Shown in pieces: positions 23,046 through 32,529 of a DNA stretch of 32,564 bases. The stretch is from Asterionella formosa (taxonomy: Eukaryota). The notes under the pieces were generated by a model. That model did not search any database. It saw only the letters and a list, made by a program, of their open reading frames with translations, and had not been told where the DNA came from. Position 1 is the stretch's first letter. Each line of letters begins with the position of its first letter. Made by a program: the position numbers and the translations under genes. The stretch lies in contig NKIB01000435.1 in assembly GCA_002256025.1 (NCBI GenBank), positions 1 to 32,564 on the forward strand, written 5' to 3'.

Positions 23046-23762
23046 GATGCTGTTGCTATGATTAAGTGACAAGAAGGAGGAGAGGTCAATAGTTAAATAG
23101 AAGGGCAAACAGGATTATACATACCAGTAGTAACAAAACAAACGATGGAAGCAAGAAGGCAGCCGCAATGCCGGACGTCGTGTTCGGCTGATTTTGCTTT
23201 GGATGGTGGTATCTTTTTGTGTGGACTTCGACGCCTTCAGTTATTATTTAGGCCCCTGTGAATGTTGTACCGCATATTTGTACGATCACGTCGGGGGGCG
23301 TCTAAGTAAAAAAAGGAGTTAATACTAACATGTACAGTGATTACAGAGAAAGATTGACTAGGCAATTGGGTTCGACTATGTAAAAGGTACTTAGAGTACT
23401 GGCACTTATTTTTCCTTCTCTTTCTTCTTAGCTATTCGTTGTGTCCGTACGTATCTTATGTACAAGCTACATACTGGTCTCTGGTACCAAAAACAGGGAA
23501 GTTCTTCTATGTACTGGTATGTATCATGGTCATCGGTATGTACATATTCAGGATAATTACATTGATTTATCAACCGTATGTAAACTCCCGGTACTGTAGC
23601 CGGTAGCTACGGTAGTCTACATATACAGTGGTAAAACCTACTGAGAAAAAGACTGCAAAGTTTCAATTTTCAGACCAACGACGATACCTGCCTGTGTGCA
23701 CAAACGATCATCGACTCGCATTTTGTTTATTCATCGTCAAACATTGAACACTTGTTTTCACC

Positions 23763-24426
23763 ATGGTAAGCTTCACATGGCTGCAGTCAAAGCGACAGTA
23801 GGAGTAAACGAAACAACAGGACGAGCGATGGACAGCGAGAATGGAGTCATTTTCGATTCTCACCAATGCCGTCCATGGAGAATTGCATTCGTACCTGACG
23901 ACTGACTGACCACCTTGCCATGCTTGTAATAAACCTCTCGTGATAAATGCAAAACTTTTCCTCACTCGATACTGTTTCTCTATCGATTCGCCCGCTGCAG
24001 GCCACAGGAGTAGTTGTTGACGAAAATGTTCCCAAAATGTTTCAAAAGTTTAAACTGAAGCATGAAGATTTCAAGCTGCGTTACTTTACCTACTTGATCA
24101 AAGACAAGAAGGTCATTGAAATTGACAAACAAGGACCCATTACTGCCACCTACGACGATTTTGTCAAGGACTTGCCTGAAAACGACTGCCGATATGGGGT
24201 GATTGACTTGGAATTTGAATCGGAAGACGGCCGTCCCACGTCAAAGCTGGTTTTTATTAGTTGGAATCCTGACACGGCTTCCGTTCGATCCAAGATGGTG
24301 TACGCAGGATCCAAAGAAGCCATGAAGAGTGCATTGCAAGGTGTTGGGATTAATATAAATGCCACAGATTATTCCGAATTGGATTTGGAGACGAGCATTT
24401 TGCCAGTGGTCAAAAAATATGCATAG
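23763..24426 (+). CDS. COF1: Actin-depolymerizing factor / cofilin, 2 exons, ~142 aa
   Basis: ADF-H motifs MATGVVV, YDDFVKDLPENDCRYGVID and KLVFISWNPDTASVRSKMVYAGSK. Exon 1 is the ATG alone (23763-23765), the intron is 23766-24000 (GTAAGC...CTGCAG) and exon 2 is 24001-24426. Confidence 0.93.
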
Positions 24427-25257
24427 AAAATATGCAATTTACACTACAACATGTCCCTTATCACCACAAATGTTGCGGTTGGACAAGGGTGAATATTTAG
24501 TGCCGATGAAGGATTATCATTTCGATAAAGGTTCTATTGGAGTTGATCGCAGTTTAGTAATTTTGTTTTGCTTGTCCAACTACGGTATATGACTGCTTAA
24601 TTTAGTACAGTAGACGGTCAATAGTCATCTTCCAAGTACACTCCATTCGTTTTTCTTCTCGACGAACAATTTACACTTGACATTATTCAGTCCCGCAACT
24701 GTCCATAAGGTCACCGCGAAAGCAGCGCTACCTACCAAAGGCTATTATTATAAAATGAGGTTGTCCGAAATGGAGCGAAGCAGTACAAACGTCACAGATA
24801 GTGTCAGTCGTTCAAAGTATACAAAGGAGATTTCGCGTTCCTCTCACTGCAATTAACCTTAATGTCTATACGGAAAGCGAGGAGGACGGCATCTCCTGAC
24901 GACAAGGTGTGGGAGCATCTGTCCATCGCGGGAACGTAGGAAAACGAAGAAGGTGCAGAATAAACAAGGGACCTTCCAGCTGGTCGGAGGGAGGTTGGCC
25001 GAGCAGGAAATTGAAGTTGTCACACAAAGAAGGAAATGAACGAGAATGTTCCTTGTACAGTAATCGAAAACTTCCCATGGTGATCATGCCGACGAACAAC
25101 AGGACAAATAGAAACGTCAAATCGATTGATGCAATCAGAATCTAGATTTTTTTCAAAATTAGTTCTTTCAATTTGGTGCCTAACTCGAATGGTTTATTAT
25201 GTCAATAGTTTGCCCTTCAACTTCTCCGACCGCCACTTGATTCGAATGGCATAAGCA

Positions 25258-26223
25258 TTAGTTAATCGAGACATATTCCTCCTGTCTCGCAGATTTTAAT
25301 GGAAATTGAAAGCCTTGCACTTGAGCACGGCCAGTTTCAAGTTGGTCTTGCATAGATCGAGAGGCCGTTCGATCATTCATTGCTTGGACGGAACGAAGGT
25401 TATTTCTGCCAATTTCTGTCCCTGCAAACATATTTTGTGTATTTTCTCCAAGTGCTGACAGCTCGGATTTTCTTGTCATAATGTTATTGAATGAGCGCGT
25501 ATTTTGGTCGTTTTCGAAGTTGTTTTTCATGTCGGTTCTCAATTTGTTATTTGCCGATTGGGTTCCTTGATGGTTTTGGTATTCCATTATGTCATTATTG
25601 TTGTTTGTTCCAAAGCCCGCTTGATGTGCGTTCCCATAACCTTTGGACGTGGCAGTTGTCGATCGTAAAATAGTATTGGATGCAGGCCCGAATTGATTCC
25701 CTGTCTTTCCTGAAGTTAACGTTTGAATCATTCCATTTGTGTTAGTTGAGGTCGCATCATCATGATTCGTGTTCAATCTCATTCCATTAGAGGCCAGTTC
25801 CGGCAAAGGCGCATATTCTTGATATTTCCTCGCTGGCCGCGTCATTCTGGGCTCGTACCCCGTCAGCGCAATCGATTCCGAAGTTGACTGGAACGCACTT
25901 AATTGCTGTTTATATGCCTTCCACCACTTCACGGTGTGTCGTTGTTCCCATGCATGAAGTATAAAGTACATGAGAAACATTCCGATGAATATGTATAGGC
26001 AGGGACGCGGCAATCTTCGTCGTTTGATAGGAAAACGTGAGTCAGTCTCAGGTTGCAAATAGGTGGCTAGCGGTCGGTCGACTAGTGAGTCAACAAAAGT
26101 GGTATCACCGTTCTTAATAAGCTTTCGCAGAAATGCAGTATCCCCAGATGAATCGGTCGTTTCCTCGTCAAAGTGCAAACGCCGAGTACTTCGTGCCTTT
26201 GCATATCTCCGGCTGTCTCTCAT
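25258..26223 (-). CDS. Hypothetical type II membrane protein, ~321 aa, with an N/Q/T-rich disordered C-terminus
   Basis: Long ORF whose first ATG is at 26223 (MRDSRR). A basic cluster (KRRRLPRP) directly precedes the hydrophobic segment CLYIFIGMFLMYFILHAW. Confidence 0.65.
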   Translation of the reverse strand: MRDSRRYAKARSTRRLHFDEETTDSSGDTAFLRKLIKNGDTTFVDSLVDRPLATYLQPETDSRFPIKRRRLPRPCLYIFIGMFLMYFILHAWEQRHTVKWWKAYKQQLSAFQSTSESIALTGYEPRMTRPARKYQEYAPLPELASNGMRLNTNHDDATSTNTNGMIQTLTSGKTGNQFGPASNTILRSTTATSKGYGNAHQAGFGTNNNNDIMEYQNHQGTQSANNKLRTDMKNNFENDQNTRSFNNIMTRKSELSALGENTQNMFAGTEIGRNNLRSVQAMNDRTASRSMQDQLETGRAQVQGFQFPLKSARQEEYVSIN

Positions 26224-27242
26224 GATGTAAGGTGCACGAGTGTGGACTTTAACTTGTGACTTGAGGTGGGAAGCAAGCAATGCACTCGGATGTGTTTGCT
26301 TCGAATTGCCGAACTTTAGCAACAATCATGATATTATGCTGCTCCGGAGGGTGATATTTGTTCTTGTTTCATATTTAGATTCTTAAGAATGCCTGCGTTT
26401 TCCGTGCTCCCAACTATGATCTGCACGCACAGGATGCACAAGTGATGCATCGCGACGAGGCAGAACAAATCTTTATCAGGGAATGTCTGGGAGAAAACGG
26501 CTTGTGCTACCTGGTACCAGTATAACGAAACTCTGCTACCTGCATGTTCCGGTCATTTTGCTGAAATTGATAACGTGACGCAGGACAGGCGTTGTTTATA
26601 TAGAAAACGTCATCAATCCAGTGTTTAAAATCGTATGTGCGCACATACCGGTATATGCATGGTGACCATCACTAGGTTTATGCTGATTTTATTCTTCAAG
26701 CAAAACATGAAGAAAACACAACAATGACTGGAGCAATAGAGGGGCAGCCCAAAGCAAAAGTAAGCAAAGTAGGCAAGTCTTGCTTACACTGCTTTATTCT
26801 CTCCAAACTCAAAATCTTTCTCCTTTTCCAGCTGAAGTGACAATGAAAATAACCTATCTTAATCAATGGTTTCAAAAGTCGTTGGGATTGGAAATTCGTA
26901 ACTGCCAGCATCATCATAGCAGCAACAAGATATAGCTCTATTATCAACTACCAGTATGTATTTACAGTACATAAGCATGTTATGTATGCATGTATACTAT
27001 GCACTATATTGACTGTTAACCAATGAAGATAATAGCATTACTGGTCATAATGGTATGTATACTGCATCAACTGTCAACTAGGAGTACATATACTGGTAGT
27101 ATAATGAAGACCATAGTATTCCGATACCTGGTACTTATTGGTAAGCAAACAATTTTGAAATCTTATCACCATCACGCTTCCATCATTCCCACCTCACAAT
27201 GATTCCATTTTGCGGTGTAGGCCGATACAAGCAATCAAATCA

Positions 27243-27753
27243 AATCTAAGCTAATAAATAACTTGTTTCCAATCTTTTGCTGCCTTCAATAAATCATCTT
27301 ATTGTTTAGTCGTTTTTGTATTCATTGTACATCTCCTGTGAAAGTGTCAAATCTGCTGATAGTATGGTTGTTTTGAACTACAAATCCATAAATTGATCAT
27401 TAAAAATGCGCTATCGACTGTTTCAATTTTCGTTGTCAATATTAGAGTTACTATAAAAGTTTTTCTTTACGATTGCATTTTCTATATCGTGCTTAATCTA
27501 AGCTACTAATGAATAACTTGTTTCCTATCTTTTGCTGCCTTCAATTAATCATTTTATAGTTTAGTCGTTTTTGTAGTCATTGTAAAGCTACTGTGAAAAT
27601 GTCAAATCTGCTGAAAGCATGGTTGTTTTGAACTCCTTTGAATCTATAATTTAATTGTTAAAAAATGCGCTATCATAGAATGTTTCGATTTTCGTTATCA
27701 ATATTAGGGTAATTACAAAAATTCTTTACAATTGTATTTTCTATATCGTGCTT
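27243..27753. repeat. Tandem duplication, 2 units of about 252 and 259 bp
   Basis: Unit 1 (27243-27494) and unit 2 (27495-27753) both start aatctaagcta and end ttttctatatcgtgctt. Shared blocks include tcttttgctgccttcaat, gtttagtcgtttttgta, tgtcaaatctgctga and atggttgttttgaact. Confidence 0.9.
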
Positions 27754-28488
27754 AATATATGAACCCAATAGCATTATAAGCAACCTCATTTATTAAGCGC
27801 TTTAAAACTACTCTATTGCTGGTAGGGTAGCTCGCATAGCGCTTCCTGGCGTTGTCAGTCTTGGTGTTCTAAATTACTTACCAACCCAGTATCAGCCAAC
27901 TCAAAAAACGTAATGACTTTAAGCTCTGAAATGCGGAAAAAAGGGTGGATACAGTCCTTCGAGTGAGAGTCGAAATTTTTTGTTGTGCTGTGGTTGTGCT
28001 ATAGATAACATCAGTCTTGTGCAGAGATTATCTCCCTGATAAAAATGTGGATAGCTTGGTTTGGACTTGAATCTGAGAATATTGTGGCATTAGTTTACTA
28101 GAATTCTGATCACTGTCCTTTTGCTGTGATAATGAGATTTCGAAGTCCATCCAGCAAATATTTGTTGTTCCTTTGTCTTCAAAAATAATAATTCTTGGTG
28201 CTTTATTTTCCAGATTTCCTTCCTTTAGAAGCAATTCGGACTCTTCATCTTGTTTTTGTGCTGCTATAATGCTGTTTCTATTTTGAGGGCATATTCTGTT
28301 GCTCTTCATTTTGCCCATGCAAGTTTGGCGGCATACTCTTCTGACTTCTCTATTATACCAAAAGTCTTCAATGGAATGACATTGGGAAAGTTCCCCATCA
28401 TGACTATCAATGGAAAATGCGTTAGGCCTAACACTTTTGCTTAATTGTTAACTGCCCCAAAATTATCGCAGTATGACGTATTATTTTC

Positions 28489-29289
28489 TGATTGATCATA
28501 CAGAAAAACTCATCGATCAATCACTTTTTTTGCCATTGATCATACACATATAAATGATAGATCACACACATATCATAAATATGATTACATAAATATTTTC
28601 ATATTATCAAACAGATCTTTTATGTTGCAATATATTGCATCAATAAGTGAACCGTCTCTATTATACATTGGTTATATGGTTCTATCAATTGATAATATAA
28701 CTTGATTGAAATGATGATTCTACTTTGTTGTTGTTTACGCTTTAAGTAGCAATCTGTATTTTATTCTTGATAAATTTGCTTTCTTTGGTTCTACCCTTCA
28801 ATCCAATGCCTTTGTTTTCCATTGAACGCCTTTGATACTAAGCATTGCAACCGAAATGACAAAACAAGATCAAGTATTGATTCATGATGTTGTAGTAAAC
28901 ATAACTTTCTATTCACTGATTCTGGCTGGTAGAACAGGGAAAGATAGAATGGTGTGTGAGCAAAAGAGTTGGACTATACATTCAGCATCCCCCTTAAATT
29001 TGCATCGCTTTTCACATTTTCGAAAATCCATTCGTCATTTTTTCTGAAAGCGATATTATGGGCAAGTAAGCTTCAATGATTCGAACAGAATATGACCAAC
29101 ATTTCTATTTTGGATTACCTTGTCACCAAATTTTTAGCTGCTTTCCCTTAATTGTCTGTATCAAACACTTTTAAAAGGTGCGATCTAAGTTTTTAAAATT
29201 TTTCCGATCAAATCAAATATTTTTTGTGATCATACTTCTTGATTAAAAGTTGATTGATCATACAGAAAAAGTTATTGATCAAACACTTT
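28489..29289. repeat. Dispersed ~39-bp direct repeat (28489-28527 and 29251-29289) within TGATCA-rich clusters
   Basis: TGATTGATCATACAGAAAAA is identical (20 bp) at 28489 and 29251, and continues as ctcatcgatcaatcacttt versus gttattgatcaaacacttt. Confidence 0.75.
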
Positions 29290-29669
29290 AAAAAGTTTCC
29301 ATAACAATTTGTCACTGTTGGTAAGTGGCAAAAGCGCTGATACAGTTAAACCAGATGAATCTGATAATGATGACATGAATTCAAATAGTATACGCGATGC
29401 AAAGACATCCATTCCTATGAAACCCAAAAAAGTAGAAAATTCTCGGTAGAGAAAGAAAAGTGTGGGATTTGGCGCATTTCCGGAAGTACTAAACAGTCAA
29501 AAACTCAACCAAAACGATCAGATGGGACAGAATAATTCTGCCTATTACACCCAGACAGCGAACACGATAAACAGCGGTTAAGAACCTTGTAAATTCGGAA
29601 AGTCGAAATGGTGATTATTAGCTACACTGTCCCAGCAAAATTAATTTTATGGGGAAACGTCAATTACTC

Positions 29670-30918
29670 AGATGGAACCCAAACACTCCTTCCATATGTA
29701 TGCTTCTTGAAAAGTACAAAGAGCATGCCAGCCCATGATCTCATGTTTTTTGCTACAGGTGATAACATTTGAAATGAAAATACAGGATTAAGCACGCGTT
29801 GTTGAGCATAACAACATACTTTCCATGGCGTTTGTGGTCCATGGTGCTTTACCACTGGCTACTAACAGAAAATGTATGAGTACGAAAGAAACCGTTAAAG
29901 CCATGGAAATCACTGATTATTATATTGCGTTACCATCACAAAATCAAAGGAAATTGATTGGTTAAGATATTCATTTAGGTACAGAGACATAGTAACGGGT
30001 GGTAAAGTGTTCACATAATTTAGAATATACTTCAACATGTGCATAGTAGTTGCTTCTGAATTCATAAAATGTTTTTTCTTTTCATATGTTTTATAGCCCA
30101 CTCGTATTCCCCTCTTTAGAGGCAAGTATTTCATTCTGCTACCTTCCGACAAGACCTGTGCTTCTCTAGCTTTGTTAGCGTAGGTGAGTCCCCAACCACC
30201 TTTCGCGAAAGGTGATCGTCTTAGCCGCAGCGTTAGGGGAAACTCCGACCGCCTGGGAAGGCGCGACAAGCTGCTTGTAGGGGGGCAACCCATTATTTCT
30301 TGTACACCAGGCAAGACCGTGCGGGACGGTAGGAGTGTGGGAGTCGAACCCAACAATTGCTCCTAAAAATTGCGAGAATCGAACCTCACAACCTCAGATC
30401 AAAGGCAACGTCCTAAACCACTACTAAGCCACTCCCTCTTGAATTCATTATATACTTATCAATCTTCTCTTTATTTTTTTGAGGAAGTGATGAAAAATAT
30501 GAACTGTCATCATCCACTGATTCTTCCGACGATTTCCATAGTTTCTTAACATTGTTGTAAAGTCTATCATGTTGGATGCCATCCAGAAGGACAGAATGAT
30601 GGCTCACTCTCAGCATGCAAAGCACGTCCGAATTTGTTGTCGAATTTCAAGGTTTCTTTATTACCTATCATGCCAATGGAATGATTCTACAGGATGTTGA
30701 ACCATTTCACCAAAATTCATCAATTTGGTAGTACTTAATTTTAGAGATAACTCAAATTCAGGATTGAACTCCAATTACTGCAATTTTTTCAAGAATGAAT
30801 TTTTGAGAACTTATACCAGCATTGCTGCATTATCAATTCCGAAAGCTGTATGGTCAGGAAATGATCATCCCTTTTCATCTCCACTAAATTTCTTTCCTGA
30901 GAATGTATCCCAACCATG
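29670..30918 (-). pseudogene. Decayed coding-like sequence, possibly transposon-derived, interrupted by the SINE-like insertion
   Basis: ORF fragments on either side of the insertion join in frame at the TSD (...KIDKYI-MNS-EATTMHMLKY...). Flanking frames read as protein-like with scattered TGA/TAA stops. Boundaries are approximate and the product is unknown. Confidence 0.4.
30066..30439 (-). mobile_element. tRNA-derived SINE-like element, 374 bp, with a 9-bp target-site duplication
   Basis: The minus strand begins AGAGGGAG-TGGCTTAGTAGTGG (A box-like), then GGTTCGATTCTC (B box-like) and a second GGTTCGACTCCC. A GC-rich structured body follows, ending in an A-rich tail (ATAAAACATATGAAAAGAAAAAAC). 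It is flanked by the direct repeat tgaattcat at 30057-30065 and 30440-30448. Confidence 0.72.
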
Positions 30919-31729
30919 ATCGATTGCTCATTAACTGTGGCTCACTTTGTTTCCCCATACACACTATGTCGCCATTGTAGCGTAATTGAAGTAATACACT
31001 CCAGAAATTTCGGAATTCTTCGGTAAGCTATCATGAACTAATTCCAGACTGGTATCAATTTCTGGAGTCAACTTTAATTTAATTTTGGTTTCACTTTGGA
31101 AGGGGGAGCTCTAAAACGACCCGGAAAATACAAATGTTTGACTACTGCGAAGGTTGGATGTGTTCCATATTGAATGCGCATGTATACTGACAACCAGTAC
31201 CTGGTACCGGTACCATTGGTACCTGGTTCCGAGGATGCACCGGTACACACCATAGTATGTACGAAAATTTTCTACTACTTTTCGTTTCACTTTGATGACC
31301 GTTGCATGTGTGGTATTTGCTGTAGTAATATTCATTTATTCTTACAGGATATGTACAGGGATTTTATCCTCTTATAATGTCACGGTAGTTAGAAATCAAC
31401 TCGGTGAGTAGTGTGAGTGCGGAATACAATTTACGATTTTAATATTCTGTTGACAATCTTAGTAGTTTCACTTGTGTGTTTTCTAAAAGAGTGAGCTTAA
31501 ACTAAATGTAATTTTGAAATGTAGTTTCGATTGAAACATGGCAATTCCTACATGTTTCTGAAATGAATTTGTTCTTTGTTCCTTCTTGGAGGCGAGGTTC
31601 TTCGTAGTTCCTACAGCTGTAGCGAAGTAGATTAGTACATCCTCTTCCTTGCAACATATATATCCATCTAGCCTAGATAGATTCTAGGACATAGATGTTC
31701 CTCTACTGAGATACTTTTCAGGTATCTGC

Positions 31730-31788
31730 AATATGATGATTGGATTGTTCCTCAATCCTTTAATAGGATGATTTGATTGTTCTTCAAT
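31730..31788. repeat. Two-unit tandem repeat, period 32 bp
   Basis: aatatgatgattggattgttcctcaat (31730) versus aataggatgatttgattgttcttcaat (31762). Confidence 0.65.
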
Positions 31789-32446
31789 GCTTTAGACAGA
31801 ACTGATATGTCTCTCCAATCATTCATAGTTTAGGGTTTACCAAGTTTGTTTGGTAAACATAGGGAAAATTGATAGAATTCGCCCTTCAACATTGTTCTTT
31901 ATCAAATGTCTGAAGGTTATAAAGCTTGGTATTGAATTGTGCGTTGTTCCATCAAACACAGTGACTAGTAGGGAAATGTTGTCTTCACGCAAAGTGGAGA
32001 CCTAACTGGGAATCAGGAATCAAGAATTCTTCTGTGTTTCAACTACGGTGTATCATCAGAGCTTCGATGTCGTACGCCTCCTAGAAAAAACCAGGCATCC
32101 ACCTATTTGAGCTTTGTAGTAGATTTCTGATCAGGGAATCACCCTGTGGCTGGTACCTGGTCCTGATACCGGTACTGGAAACTCGATGCCATCGTTCTTA
32201 AAGCAGGATCGATCGTGAGTCAAGAAATTCAAATGTCCGACAATGATCTTTTCATATAAAATGAAAGAAGGCGAATACGTCCAAACAAAGGGCTTTTCTT
32301 TGGAGCACATGAAAATCCATTCATTGGCTCTTAATAAATATCATAAAAACCTCCATATATATATATTGAAAGAACTCTATGAACAAGTACGACAACATAC
32401 CGGCATATACATAGCTCCTGTTCCTTGTTTTCACATATACCGTATA

Positions 32447-32529
32447 CTTCATTGTCCTGGACCCCCCAATGTACACTGCCGTGACTGAATTTGACTGATT
32501 TTACTTAAGGGGGGCCCAGGACAATGAAG
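32447..32529. repeat. 21-bp inverted repeat (20/21 match) with a 41-bp spacer, probably back-to-back transposon termini
   Basis: cttcattgtcctggacccccc (32447-32467) versus ggggggcccaggacaatgaag (32509-32529). The second arm is immediately preceded by TTAA. Confidence 0.7.

Noticed and set aside
30134..30162. SRP RNA helix 8-like string (CAGGTC..CGGAAGGTAGCAG, minus strand)
   Set aside because: Four extra bases displace CAGG from the symmetric loop, and no Alu domain is evident.
29910..30356. 148-aa ORF as a real gene
   Set aside because: It is a chimera of the SINE body read through its tail into the decayed host frame, and it has a non-ATG start.
30365..30439. Functional tRNA gene (possible TTG anticodon)
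   Set aside because: The anticodon stem does not pair, the acceptor stem is mostly G-U or mismatched, and the unit is embedded in a longer TSD-flanked element. It is better read as a SINE head.
30066..30439. Telomerase RNA, RNase P/MRP or hammerhead/HDV ribozyme identity
   Set aside because: There is no extended telomeric template, no matched CR-I/CR-V pair, no CUGANGA/GAAA core and no convincing HDV fold by eye. An Infernal search would be needed to exclude these formally.
31540..32130. Minus-strand coding-like relic
   Set aside because: It has many stops and no recognisable motif, so no product call can be supported.
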